64,000 nucleotides of DNA from Vicugna vicugna (Eukaryota), in contig MU058054.1 of NCBI GenBank assembly GCA_013265495.1, positions 372,001 through 436,000 of the forward strand, written 5' to 3'. The notes beneath the pieces were generated by a model that was not told the origin of the DNA, did no database searches, and saw nothing but the letters and a program-made list of their open reading frames with translations. The translations under genes and the position numbers were made by a program. Shown in pieces: positions 13,661-27,000 of this stretch (the first letter of the stretch is position 1; every line of letters starts with the position of its first letter).

Positions 13661-14603
13661 ACTTCACAAACATTTTATAGTATTGTCTGGTTGTTTATCA
13701 AATACATTCGATGACAATGATTTAAAATAGGCAAAGGGAAATTATGTGACAGCAAGACTTGAGCTCCACAAATCAAAAGCACTAGTTTCCCCCTGAAACA
13801 GGCTAACTGGACAAGCCCTTCAGGAGAGTCAGTTCTGAGCATCTCTCCTCCTTTACCGCTGACCTCTCAACTGATGCGTACATTATTGTGTTTGCTCTTA
13901 GATTCCCTTTTATAAAGAAGCAGAGAAATATGGCTTAATAAACTTTGAATATCTTTGTTTTCTATAGTGCAGGTGAACTGAGTCTGAAGATATTTCCTTA
14001 GAAAGTCAACTGCATTCACGCATTACAAAAATCACAGAAAAAGTACTTCACCAAAAAAAAAAAAATGATGAAATTGTGACTGCAACTCTATCCATGATTT
14101 TATTTAAGGAGTTCTGTCTACTTTTTAAAAGAGTCCTCCTTTATCTGAATCAATGCGTGCAAAATACAGTTCTTGACGCACTGGTGAATATCCAGACTCT
14201 ATCCGACCATAATTCATGCTGAGCCAGATGTCCTTCTGATATAAATCCCACGTATCTCCTTCTGGATCAATCATTACTGTACAGACACCTCAGCACGGAG
14301 TTCAAGTGGGGCTACATGCAGCATTCTAAGATAAAGTCCATTCTAAATACAGCTAGAAAGAGGAAAGACATTAAAACTGGGCATAACCTCCTCCTAATCA
14401 CACCACACCCTGTCCCCCAACACATGATGTGATTCTACTGGAACAAGGTGGTTTTTTTTCCTTTCTAAACAAACATACAGAATTTATACATCCAAATGAG
14501 TAGGGCTGTACTCTTTAATAAAGTAATCACCTTTGGAAGTTACATATGCATTCCTACAAGGCTGCTACCACACGTAATTTTCCTGGAACTTCTCTTTTAA
14601 AAC

Positions 14604-14780
14604 ACAGGTTCTCCAGACTCAGCGTGCAGAAGGATCACATGGGGAGCATGTTAATCATGCTGATTCTTAGAGATGTGAATTTTTAACTGGTGTCGGATGG
14701 AGTCTGAGAATCTGTATTTTTATGAAGCACTCCAGGTAAGTTGCATACAGGTGATTTGTGACAAACAGCACTTTAGAACA
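14604..14780. mobile_element. MER5-like hAT-Charlie non-autonomous DNA transposon
   Basis: Sequence 'caggttctcca...atcacatggggagcatgtt...gagtctgagaatctgtatttttatgaagcactccaggt...cactttagaa'. Confidence 0.6.
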
Positions 14781-14953
14781 GACAGTTCACAAGCCTGCAA
14801 GGACATTAAAATAAGGACTACTGAGTTAAACTCTGTTTACATACACACATAACACACCAGAGGTTTAATTTTTTTTCAAAATCTTCACTCTTCCTGATAG
14901 AACGTATTAGTACAGATATACAGAGAAGCATCTATTTGCAAACAAGAACATAC

Positions 14954-15025
14954 CTCCATGAAAGAGATCCCTAAGCTCCAGACATCAGAATGGATTCCAT
15001 ACTGCTCCCCTGAAATTCTTTCAGG
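14954..15025 (-). CDS. MAP2K5: MAP2K5 coding exon, 72 nt, phase 0 to 0: PERISGEQYGIHSDVWSLGISFME
   Basis: Minus strand reads ttccttccag|CCT GAA AGA ATT TCA GGG GAG CAG...TTC ATG GAG|gtatgt. It completes the APE motif and contains DVWSLG (subdomain IX). Confidence 0.97.
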
Positions 15026-16593
15026 CTGGAAGGAAACAGAAGGGAGCTTATAGGCTGATGTAAGCTACTCCAGGCAACACATATACCAACATGAGTTCAG
15101 CTAAGGCAGAGAGCCTTCAATGCCTACACAGCTTATTATGAAAAGAAAAACAATTTTATATGATACATAGACACTGTATAGGTAATATAGATAGATATAA
15201 TCTTACTGAATCCTCAAAGACACTGTGAGGGAAACTCTGTTATCTTTATATTACAGATGAAGAAAATAGAGGCTGAAATTAGTGAAATAATTAGGCAAAG
15301 TCCTAAGCTAGCAGAAGAGCTGAGACTTGAACTTGGGAGGTCCTCTCCCAGCAAATCCAGTGGTCTTAGTTGTGCACTGGCAAATTACATGTTATATAAT
15401 ATTATCACTTACTTGCATTTTAAGAGATGGGCCTGAATCACTAGGGCTTCTGATTTTTTTTTCATTTGGAGATAACTTTGAACTTACAGGAAAGTTGAAA
15501 GATTAAGAATAGTACAAAGAACATCGTATTTCCTTTCCCCAGATTCACCTACTACTCAACATTTTATTCCATTTATCAGGGTTTCTTTTGATATGAACCA
15601 AGGAGCAGTCTGCAAGTTCCAATTGGGACTCTAGACCTTGGTCTTCCATTCAAGATATCTAGCAAATACCTGGTCCAGGAATTATCTGCACACTCTCTAC
15701 TTTAACAGGAATAATTTCATACTGAAGTGGGTGCTGCCTGGTCTCTTGAACCCTCCAGGACTTGGCATTCAGTAGGGGACTTCCTAGAAGTCTTTTGAAT
15801 GAGCTCAGGAACAAATGAACAAGGGAAACTGAGGTCTCGCTGAGATGGAGTGGTTGCTCAAGGTTACAGAGTGAGTCAGGGCAGGGCTAGGACCATGACC
15901 CACACCTCTTGGCCCCATGTATGGCATTCTGTTCTTTGTGCCATCCCTTCAGTTCCTGGAAGCCACCATAGCCATCATCCTTCAAAAGCTTCCATGAGAG
16001 CCCTTAAGAGTAACTGGGGTCAGAGTCGGCCCTGTCCACTGTGGATAGAAGAAATAAGACATTCACCAACTCATCAGCAGGGGATACACCAGAGGTGTGG
16101 AAGACGGGGGCCAGATACTCTCAGGTGAGTTGGCACAGTCCTACATCTTGGGTGGTTGGCTTCGTTGGGACCCTGAACTTCGTAACCTGCTTCCCACCCC
16201 CACTGACCAGGCTATCTCAGTGTATTTACTGCCTTCTCCTGGGACCACTTTCCATGAAATTACACAAAGCCCTACCCTGAGGTAGCAGGATGGACTGCCT
16301 TATTTCCTTTCCTTTATTTATTTCTTTTAATTTGTAAAAGCCCCTTTCCTACTGAGAATAATTCTTCCCAAGGGCCATGTGTCATGTGACCATTCCTCCC
16401 AGCTGCTAACAGACACGGTCATTCCAATCCCCTAATACTTTTCCTTTTGTGTTCTAAGTCCCCACAGCATCACTTTTCAAGTTCCTTGTTCATACATGAA
16501 TGAACCCATTCTCCAGTTCTAGCTAGATCCATAGACTACGATGTAGTCACATGGCACTGGCCAGCCAGTTACAGGAGTAATGCCGTCGTCCCC

Positions 16594-16633
16594 ATCACCA
16601 CTACCACCACCACCACCACCACCACCAACAACA
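16594..16633. repeat. (CAC)n trinucleotide repeat
   Basis: atcaccactaccaccaccaccaccaccaccaccaacaaca, which produces the spurious poly-Pro and poly-Gly ORFs in the track. Confidence 0.9.
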
Positions 16634-16829
16634 ATGACATCACCACTCTGTGTGTTTACTGAAGAATCTCCATGTGCCAGGCATTGTTTTATGTGCTCTT
16701 CATGCATATCTCACTTCAGACTCAGAAGCACCCATATTAGACTGGTACTGGCATCATCCCAATTTAACAGCAAAGGAAAATGAGGCACATAGAAGTTCAA
16801 CTTGGACCCACTACGGAAGGATAATAATA

Positions 16830-17065
16830 GCTATCTTTTAATGACCACCTAGTATGTCCCGGACACTTGGCTAGATACTTTGCATCCTCTACACTTCATA
16901 ACAATCTTACAAATATTACTGCCCTCATTTTACAGATGTCAAAACTGAGGCTTAGTAAGATTAAGTGACTTGCCAGAGTCTAGAGCTCTGGGTTAGCATT
17001 AAGCGTATATTTTATTCAGATAATCCACACATGTCTGACTGCAAAGTCAGGGTTCTTTCCAGTAT
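16830..17065 (-). mobile_element. MIR SINE
   Basis: Core 'ctcattttacagatgtcaaaactgaggcttagtaagattaagtgacttgcc'. Confidence 0.7.
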
Positions 17066-18264
17066 AGCAAATAGTCCCTAGAACTGGGAGTCAGAAGAGC
17101 CACATCCTACCCTCAGTCTGGTATTTCTCAAAATGCAGCCTTTGGACTTGCCATCATAGACCTGCCTGAGGTGCTTATTACAAATGACCACCCAGTATCA
17201 GAATCTCTAGGGGTGGCTCTGGGGATTTTCATTTCAAATAATAATTTCTTTGGGTGAATTTCTGGCAAACTCAGCTACAGTCATGAAACATTTCTATGTT
17301 TCCTGCAGAGGCAATGATCTCTCTTCCTCTTCTCTGCTTTGTGAATGCTTCTTCTATGGGCCCCGTTCAAGGGCCAAGCAAAGAGAGTGTCCTGCTCACC
17401 TCACACGCAGTACCACGCCTGGCACACAGCTGGTGCACCGTCAGCGTGTGCTGACTAAAGGGACGCAATACACGTTTACCGCACATTTGGGTTTAAGCAT
17501 GAACTAATCACCGAGTTCCCCGGAGCGTTCTTCTAATGCTAACTGTCCCGCGTATGATTGCTATTCACGTCCATCGAGAACTTCCAGCAAACATGAAAAT
17601 CCTAAAGTCCTCCACAATTGTTAAAGAAATGACCAAATATTGCCTTCCTCCCTGTCTCTTCTTTCTGTCCCCTCTCCCTTTCTTCATTCCACTAGCTCAC
17701 AGTTATCAATATACAGCACTCCATCCAGAGCACAGAAAAAAACCAAATAAGCAAAAGTGGAACCTAATACGAAATATGTTGGCAGGACCAACAATAAGAT
17801 TAAATACAATCATCACATTTGCCCCCAAACTATGGAAACAAATGAAACCGTCATCTGCAAACAGAGCATAGAAAAATTGAACTTAAAAAGAAAAAAACAG
17901 CAAAAGTGACAATGGTCACAGATAGGAGCTGACAGAAGCACTCCTTAAGGACAAGATTCTGACAGCTTCTCACTGGAGAAATATTATTCTTACAACAAGC
18001 TAACAAAATGAGATTACTGCTGTGACGCAGTGCTCGCCCAAAGTTTACTTGTCACAAGCAGGAAGACACCAAGATACATCTCTTATCTCATCCTATAAAG
18101 GAATTTCTGCTCAGGGTTAGGCTACTCAGAAAATTAACAAAGTAAGCACAAATACTTTCGGTTAGTATGTAATCAAAACATATATCACAAACATATGTCA
18201 CAAAGCCAGTAAGATCATACTGGTTAAACAAGGGTTCTGGAGTCAGGATGCTCTAACTCAGACT

Positions 18265-19100
18265 ATTTTCCAGTTCACTAATTCTCTCTTCTGCTCTGTT
18301 CAATATGCTGAGGTGCTCACTATGCTGAGTTTATTTTATTTTTATCTGGTAGTTTTGTCTGCGATTTTCTCAGATCTACTCTGTCACTTTGAAAATTTGT
18401 GATCTGAAGTCTGCGCACAGCTCCTGTTCCTGCTGGTTCCTCTTCACGTTGCTCTGTTTCCCTGTGTACTCGGTTTTCTTTGACTGCTTGTTAGTTTCTG
18501 CTCTTGAAAAAAAAAATTTGGAGAGGTTCTCTGAAGCCCTGGGTGGATGTGCCCACCTCAAATGACATCCTCAGCATGAAGCTCCTTTTCAAAGTCAGGT
18601 CACGTATACAAATATCCAAGGTGCAAATCTGTGCCAGAGTTAGTCTATGGCCACAACTTTTCCTCTTTTCCTTCTTCTCCAGCTTCTCTACTTGGCTCTG
18701 AAAAGCCTTCTCTTCTGCTCCCTGGGATGGGGGAGGAAGAGCAGCTCTAAAGCTGGTTTGCTCTTGCACCCAGGGCGCATGGCCAGGGGAGTCCTTCAAC
18801 CTCCCGGTGTGACATGGGGAAGACCTCCCCCGAGACCCTCTGCCATCAGGGGGCCCCCATATCATTCGCAGCTGCGGGATGGGCAAACGTCCTCAGGAAC
18901 AGGCAGCTCTGTCGCTCTGACGTTCTGCTCTCCCCTCTATTGTAGGACTCCATCTGAGTAATGTCCTGGGAATCCGACTCTTTAGCTCCTCAGTGCACTT
19001 GAGATGGTTTTAAAAGTATTTCATTTAGCATTTTCAACAGAAGAGTTGGTTTTTCAACAGAAGAGTTGGTTCAAATAACCTACTACCAGAAACTAGAAGC
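18265..19100 (-). mobile_element. Ancient L1/HAL1-like 5' fragment that appears to interrupt a MIR
   Basis: Decayed antisense L1-like sequence between a MIR head (~18205-18262) and the MIR core and tail (~19105-19340). Confidence 0.4.
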
Positions 19101-19104
19101 TGGT

Positions 19105-19340
19105 ACCCTAATTAAATCTTGACTGTCACTACTTGGCCAGCTCTGAGACTCTGGACTAAAGTTACTTTGCCTTTGGTTTCCTCATCTGTAAAATGAAGAT
19201 GATGATGATGATGATGATGATGATGATAATAATAATAAATTAAAAAACTTAATGGAGTTGTGTGAACATTAAATGAATCCATGTAATATGCTCGATTCAG
19301 TACATGCCACATGGGAATGCTTGGTAAATACTGGCCTCCT
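19105..19340 (+). mobile_element. MIR SINE containing a (GAT)n(AAT)n microsatellite
   Basis: Core 'gtttcctcatctgtaaaatgaag' followed by a GAT and AAT run at ~19198-19238. Confidence 0.75.
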
Positions 19341-20339
19341 TTCAATCCTCACCATCACCATTGCGTGAGCATGGCCAACTGAGTTGGATCACGTAATCTG
19401 CATAGGTTTTATTCTGGGTAAAGATAACTTCCAAGAATAGGAATAGTCTAGGTAGAAAAAAATGTTCAAGAGGTAATAGTTATTTAGATTGTCCTCTTGA
19501 TCCCAAAGGACAAGTATCTACAAAAGGTTTCTTAATTTCAAAATTTCAGGTATTCACAACAATAATGTCAAACTTTTATGTTTGATTATTAAAAAATTAT
19601 AATAAACCACAATAACTGAATAGTAGGTTAAAGTTTCAGGGACTTCTTACCTTCAAAATAGAGTAAAAATTTAGTGATTAGAATTTCTCAGAAATGGTTT
19701 AATATAAGCCCACAAAGCCTTCTGGACCCCTTCTGTAATCCTTCTGGATGAAATCCTTTTAAAATACAGTTGAAAATGTTTCTAGCTTTGGATTAAAATG
19801 TCTGTTAATCCTAACTATCTACCCCTAAAATGTGATGTGTCCTTGAACACGCCACTTCATTTTCCGGGTCTGAGTATCCTCACTGGTCAATGAGGAGGTT
19901 GGACCAGATGACTTTCCAAGTCTCCTACAAGCACCAGTAAGCCCGTAAGTCAGCACTGTTTTTGTTTGTTTGTTTTAATGACTTACAATCTTAGACAAGT
20001 TTCCCTCTTTTTTTCCTAATTACCATTTTCTTGTCCCTTACACTTCAGATTATAGGAAAATAAAGCAAGACTGTTCACATATGCAGGGCAGCTGACTATT
20101 TGAGTCATCTCGGTGTCTTCTATACTTTATCATGCAAGTAAGACATTTAATACAAAAAGTTAAATGTTCCGCTTATAACTGGTAAACCAGTCATTTTTGG
20201 AATGTAGCTTTCAAGAACTGATTCATTTATTTAGTGCTGTGTGAGGCGCTGGATATAGACAATGAGCGGAAAAAACCCTGCCCCTGTGAAAATCCTCATC
20301 TAGATTTGCAGAGACACATAAATAATCTGGATAGTGTGA

Positions 20340-20600
20340 GAGGCACAGCAGCTAAGAGTTTAGTCTCTGGAGGCTGATGACTCCGGTTTGACTCCTGACT
20401 CAGCCACTTATTAGCTGTATGAACTTGGGTAAGTCATTTAACTTCTTTATCCCTCTGTTTCTTCATCTGTAAAAGGACAATAATATCACCGACTTCATAG
20501 GGTTGCTGTGAGGGTTTAAAGAGTTAATACAAAGAGTAAAGGTTGAAAAGAGTGACTGGCACCTGGTTCTCATTAAGTGTTGGCTATTATTATCATTGCT
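20340..20600 (+). mobile_element. Near full-length MIR SINE
   Basis: Sequence 'gccacttattagctgtatgaacttgggtaagtcatttaac...tgtttcttcatctgtaaaagg...cttcatagggttgctgtgagg'. Confidence 0.8.
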
Positions 20601-21056
20601 ATTATCACTGCACAGAAACAGGTATGAATACAAATGTGAGAGAAATGGATGTAAAATGAGGGTAAGACATCACATGATCTCTAATTGTATATTCCCACAA
20701 TCTGTTATTTGTCTTCTACCCGACACCTCCTGCCCCCACCCATGTCACATCACACTCTATTTCTGAGTCTTTGCTCACCTTCCCACCAGATCGCTCTTTT
20801 TCATAAGTGCCCTTTTCACATGCTGCATGAAGCATCAAATTCGTACATTAAATGCCTCCTTATTCTCTAAAGATATGCTTGGTACAACTTCAGTCTTTAT
20901 TATGTCACATACGACGTGGCTACAGATAACGCCACGTTTCCTATTTTGCCCACGTCTCACAGCGTGCCTGGCTAACTGCATGGAAGGCGCTCAGTAAGTG
21001 CGGGCTGATTAACTGAAGGCACCCAGTTTCAAAAAACAGCTTTCACTGGCAGAGAT

Positions 21057-21230
21057 CAGAGGTTGGCAGACTTTTTCTGTAATGGGCCAGACAGTAAACA
21101 TTTTTCACTTTGTGGGTCATATGGTCTCTGCCACAATTGTCACAACTACTCCACGGTGTGACCGGAGTGCTGGAGCAGCCACAGACAACACATAAACAAG
21201 TGGGCGTGGTCACATGCCAGTAACACTTCC
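21057..21230 (+). mobile_element. MER58A-like hAT-Charlie DNA transposon, 3'-truncated
   Basis: 'cagaggttggcagactttttctgtaatgggccagacagtaaaca...gcagccacagacaacacataaacaagtgggcgtgg' matches the MER58A pattern. Confidence 0.75.
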
Positions 21231-22975
21231 TTTTTCTAAAATTTTATTTTTTACTTTGAAATACTTATTAACAAACAAGCAGCTGAAAAACACATACACA
21301 CGGAGGTTTTGTGCACCCTTCCCCCAGTTCCCCCAGTTCCCCCAGTGGTAGTACTATAACACAGTATCACGACACCTCAGGCAGGGGTTAGGACCCTCAC
21401 TCCAGCCTCCGATCTCACACATATTAGGCAAGTACGCAGCTGGTGGGAGCCTGCTGAATTGAGCAAGGCTTACTCTCAGGCTTCCACACTCTTTGCTTCC
21501 TAGGTATCTTATGCTTCTTACAGCTTGAACGATAAAGTTGATGACTAGAATTCACTCACCCAAGAAGCAAAGCAATTTTAGCTTCGCCTCTCTGAGCTAA
21601 CATTTCAAAATTTTAATCCTCACATTTTTCAATTAAGAGATGGATGCGTCACATTCATCCATAAACAAAAAGGGGGGGGGGAAGTAATTTCTTCAATGTA
21701 GACCTGCGAAGGACAACTGTAATCTAAATTTGTACATTCCAACATAATGCAATTTAATTATTAGAGCAATTTGAAGCCATTAAGAACATGACGGGGAGTG
21801 GAGAAGTTTTATTGATTTTTTTTGTTTGTTTTAAATCAAAGCATTCCATATTTTTTTTCAAAGACTGAAATCATGGCATTTGGCAAGGTTTTTAAATTAT
21901 AAAGGTGGCTCACAGATCCAGCTAACCTGGTAGAGCCAAGAGGGTGATTATGTTTTATAAAAATAGGTATGATGACGTCAGAAGTTAATTTTTTCACATT
22001 ACCTAGAAAAATGAGAAAGAATAAATTTTCTTTAAAAACAATGCAAGGCAAAAATTAACCATGCTGGTATCTCAATTAAAAAAATGCTTGGTACTGTTCT
22101 GAGACTAAGACCCCGGGTTCCAGCCACACTTCATTTAACTCCATATAAGGACTACTGGAAGTGAAATGGACTACCTGAATACATTTAGAGCTCTTTCATC
22201 AAAAGATCTAAACTTAAGATGTTAAAACAAAACTTTGCCCCCAAAATGATACTAGGTAAGTTTCCTGCTTGCCTCCTGCAACCCCCCACTCTTGAAGTGA
22301 TTGTGGAAACGAGTAAATAAAAGCAATTTTATGGACACAAATCACTTCCTTTACTCAAAAGGTAGGAAAAAGAAAAAAGTCAAAGCTAAGTCCACATCAG
22401 TCATCGAAACAGTTCTATGCTTCTATTTTTATACTGGTAAGCTTATTTCAGAGGGACTAAGTAAATTATCTTACAATAGGCATGAAACAGAATACAGATA
22501 CACAAGTTCAAGAGAGAACTGTCTGCTAAACCCTTACACTCAGAGATCCATAAGTAATCATTTAACTTTCAATTAATGATTTAATTTTGATCTGGTGTCA
22601 AAGCATGTTTATATTCCTGGAAAACACTGCTGATCTTACTGACTGACATTTTAGTATACTTTAGGGTTAATTAAATAAGCGATGTGGCAAAGTATGTTGT
22701 AAGATGCAATTTTTCTGTAAGATTAAACTTCAGAAATTGGTGATTTCATACTTGAACAAACCGGTTAAGTCAATGAAGTCAGAAAAGTTGGCAGCTCCTC
22801 TACAGACTCTACCGTCCTTTAGGAGGATTTAACAATCGGCTTGTGACTGGGTTGACTCTGCAATTTACGATCTGTTAGGCTAAAAGTGTGGAATTAATTC
22901 AAGAATTATACGTTACCAAGTACATAAAGATAAAGACGTTGGTTTTAAATGTTGTTTTTGCATAAGTTTACTTAC

Positions 22976-23026
22976 CGCCATATAAGCATTTGTTCCGACA
23001 TACGTCTTGGCTATAGAATTCACCAG
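22976..23026 (-). CDS. MAP2K5: MAP2K5 coding exon, 51 nt, phase 0 to 0: LVNSIAKTYVGTNAYMA (activation loop, SxxxT phosphosites)
   Basis: Minus strand reads ttgtctcatag|CTG GTG AAT TCT ATA GCC AAG ACG TAT GTC GGA ACA AAT GCT TAT ATG GCG|gtaagt. Confidence 0.97.
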
Positions 23027-23991
23027 CTATGAGACAAAACAGTCTGTTAGAACAATATAAAGATAATGTGGAAATAAAATGGGCAATTATTCCTCATTTA
23101 ACCTACAATCATCATTTCTATAAATCAACTAAAAATTATGTAAAGGGAACAAATTCATCTACAAAGGCATTTAAAAATGATTAAATCTCTCTTTTCTTTT
23201 GAATGTGATTTCCGATTTAAACCAGCACAGCATTACAGTTTATAGCAGATAACCTTAAACAATTCACTTACGCAGGATGCTTATCGCTTTAGTACCCCAA
23301 ACCCGCCTGACATAAAAAGTCAATTTGAAGTAGAATTTGAGCACACTTATTTTTGAGTCAGATGGTTCAGGATGTGAATGAAACCCCGTGCATTACCAGA
23401 ATGAAACGAACACTAAATACGCTGGAGGGATAACAGACTTTGACAACTCATAATACAACGATGACCTTCGCTTTGGTCTTCGTGTTTGGCTGGGAGTAAA
23501 GGTGGCTGCAATTCAAATCAACATCACAGCACGCTCATGGGTCACTATCACTGGGGATCTCAGGGGAGGCCCAAAATGGAAATTAATTAAAATTTGTGCT
23601 GCACATTGTAATGGCCCTCCACCATTGTTGCTCCCAATATTAATTCTTATTGTGGGCCAGTTGGGCTCCCCAGGCACAGCTCCCACTCTGCCCTCCCTTT
23701 TGTCTGGCCAAAACGCTTTCATATCAAAGCTGCATATCAATGAAGTTTGCTATTCGTAAGTAGTAATTACAATATCAGCAGTTTTTACTGTCATTAAACA
23801 ATGAACAATCATATTTTGATGAAGGAAACGCGCTCGGAGATTAAAAATGAGTAACACAATCCCAGCCGAGGAGAAGATGCAGGGTTCTGTTTGTCTGGCA
23901 GCTAGGTGCTTTTTCAATCCAGAGAGTAGACTGAAGATGGAAAGTGGATGTTACAGGGAAGAGAGAAAATCAGAAGGAAAAAGAGACCTAC

Positions 23992-24065
23992 CTGAGTGCT
24001 AACTCCAAAATCACACAGCTTGACTTGTCCTCTGGTGTTTACTAGCATATTGGAGGGCTTCACAT
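23992..24065 (-). CDS. MAP2K5: MAP2K5 coding exon, 74 nt, phase 1 to 0: (D)[24 protein letters not shown] (catalytic loop and DFG)
   Basis: Minus strand reads ccttttgtag|AT GTG AAG CCC...AGC ACT CAG|gtaggt. The peptide appears in ORF 23914..24147, and the split codon G+AT gives Asp, completing HRD. Confidence 0.98.
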
Positions 24066-27000
24066 CTACAAAAGGACCAGAAAAGTTCACACAACTAATT
24101 CCGTTATCTACAGTGCTTGTCCTGGAAAAAGCACACACGCTCATCATACCATATTGCTTAGAAGTGACATCATCTGTTCAGCCCGAATTCTAATCACAAA
24201 TTTAATGCAAAGCATTTTATCTGGAGGCAAAATGTAAGGACCTAACTCCCTCGCTTCCACCCATTTCTGGTTTCTGCAGAAGCAAGGGTTTATTTATTTC
24301 ACATGAAAGTCACATAAAATCTTGGCTTCCAACAACAGTAAACAAAACCATCATCCTACTCCAGCTTTCAGGAAAAAGAGATAAGAAAATGTAATCTTCT
24401 TGCAAAGATTCTGTACAGAAAGGCTCAGCCCTGCCCTCAATGTGAAACGGCTCCTCCCACCTAAGAAGCAGTAAGGCCAAAGGGAAGCCAGCAAGGAAAA
24501 AAATCATTCAAATGTTTGCTGGTAAAAGGTTATATATGACAGAAACAATGAGAACACGAGTGCAGTACTGCGATTTCTTGGTTTTATGTGTAAATGCTGC
24601 TTCAGATAATCCTCAGAAATTGACCTAAAAGAGGTGTGTGCGCGCGTGTGTGTGCATGCGTGTACTTACAAATCTTTGTTTCGTTTACCCTTCTCTTCCC
24701 TCACATCATTTTTGACTGTTGCTAGAGTTAACAAAAGACCTGAAATAGCGTTTGCCAAGGCGTCAGTTGCTAAATAATGACACAAAGGGTTTCTGTGCAG
24801 CATCGTCAGTGACAACAATGGGTCTTTTCAGGAATTCAAGGAGCCTACAAAAACTGTCCAGCAGGGTAAGAGCACAGCACTTTTAATGGTACAGAACAGT
24901 TCCTGCTTCAGCCTTTCACCTTCAAGGGCAAAAGTGGTCTGGAAAAGACAATTTCCTATATTTAGTAAGGCATATAACCTTAATTACCCCAAAACTGAAA
25001 AAGAGAATCGTAATTTTTTATGTAACATCTCAAAAAAATCTGAGTTAATTTCACTCCAACCCCCCACCCTGCAAAAGGGTACCCCCGAAAGCATCTTCCA
25101 AGAGTAGGTACTTAAGCTCAAACTCAGTAACCAACGATTACTGAACCTACCTACCATGTGACAGGCAACAGGCCAGACAGGTACTTTCTCATATGTATGC
25201 TCATTTGGTGCTGCCTGCCTGACATTAGAATGTAAACTTCACAAAAGTAGGGGCTTTGTCTTTTCTATTGACTACTAACATCCCAGCCTGCGAAGAGTGC
25301 CAGGCATACAGTTAAGTGCTTAATAAGTATTTGCTGAATGGATGAAAATGAACGAGTGGAAACCATGAACACGCATTATTTCGTTAATGGCTCTGCTTCC
25401 GTGATCAGGTGAGCAGTACACCCTGTCAGGTAAGACCCAGTATGTCCTTCCGTTAGGGGGACTGTCTCTTTGTATACAAGTCAGTATGTGTTGGCAGGTG
25501 TAAGGGCTTTTACCAAATGGTCTCTCTGCCTCTGGTTTTCCCCAATTTTAATACAACTCTTATATCACCATCATATTAAATATACCACTCCCACTATATC
25601 ATCCCTTGAGGAGGAAGTAAAATATCCCCTGACCTCCCCGGCCAACCCAAATGGGAGCTCCTTAACAACAGGGCTGTGCATTCGAATGTGCTCCAGTAGT
25701 CCGCACAAAAATTCACGCCACAGACAGCCACAGATGTATGCCAAATTGAAAGAAATGTTACTCTACAAAGTCTGGTCTTGTTTTCCAAATCGAATTCTCA
25801 TTACAGGCTCTCAACTTGGAATATTTTCCTTTGGGACAATCTGCTCTTTTATACATTGACACCCTTAAACCACTCTGAAGCCACCACATCAGATGGAGAC
25901 AGTTAATGAACAAATATTCTGAGCTCCTGGGAGATGGAGCTGCCTGGAAATTACAAGGTATAGTAAAATTAACACATCTTTAGCTTTAATCACATACATA
26001 TTTGACTTAAATGGATCAACAGAGAAAGAATAAAACAAAATGTCTATATTATGTTCTAAAAGGCAAGGTGTAAATAAGAACTTTATGGCATTTTCAGTGC
26101 TCCAACAACATCTATTTTTACTTACATGTAAGTACTTTTACTACTGCATGACTTCTGCACGTTCACCTTTCAGTCTAGTTTTCAGGAATACTTAACGTGT
26201 GAAAGTAGCAGACACACAGCCATCCTCAAAACAACCTTCGCACTCCAACTAGACTGCTTCAGTCATTGTCTCAAAAGAAAGAAACAAATCCTGAACCCCC
26301 CATTACTAAGCCTTCCTTTGTTTACGCTGTCTGTCCCCCCCCTCACCAAACCCCTCGGGTTTAGAAACCCTTCTTCGATTATTTTTTGACTGAACTCTGC
26401 CCATCTTTCAAACTCAAGTAGCCCACTTCCCGGTTATCCTAACTACTCAGGCCATCAAAGTCTCTGCTTTCTTTGAACTGCTAAAGCATTTACTGTCTGT
26501 GCCACTTGGAGCTGAGCATGTGGCACTTTTATTTTTTACTAGTAATTACTCACCATATTTACTGTTACAGGTACCACCAAGTCATAAGTCCACAGCACAG
26601 GAATACACTTTACACATTTTTGTCTGTATCCTATTTGAGCACAGGGTCTTGCTACCGGTTGATGGCTTTCTCAATAATACACTTAATTTGCTAGCGTTAA
26701 GTGTTCTCCCCACCAGCAACATCATTTGAACATAACAGATCCTTTTAAACAAAACCAGCGGGTTCAGGCTAGGAGACAGAGACTTGGATTTTAGTCTTTT
26801 GGGCCCTGCCACAAGTTTGGCGTGTGACTTTGGAGTAGGCATGGGGCATTTTAGCTTTCACCTCTGTGAAAAGATTATTCGGGAGATAATATAAGTCATT
26901 GTATCAATCTTAAAGAACTGTGGGGATTAAATGAGATAACTGATGTCAAATAGCTTGTAAACTGTCAAACACTCTATAAATATAAGGTATGATCATTATC

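Noticed and set aside
16519..16783. Poly-Pro and poly-Gly ORFs, and likewise the poly-His ORF at 19112-19345
   Set aside because: These are translation artefacts of (CAC)n and (GAT)n microsatellites.
21319..21345. (TTCCCCCAG)3 tandem repeat with G4 potential on the minus strand
   Set aside because: It is a local slippage duplication inside an old L1 fragment, with no sign of function.
23914..24147. Treating ORFs 23914..24147 and 57272..57547 as complete small genes
   Set aside because: Only the internal parts bounded by AG and GT match MEK5; the rest is intronic read-through.
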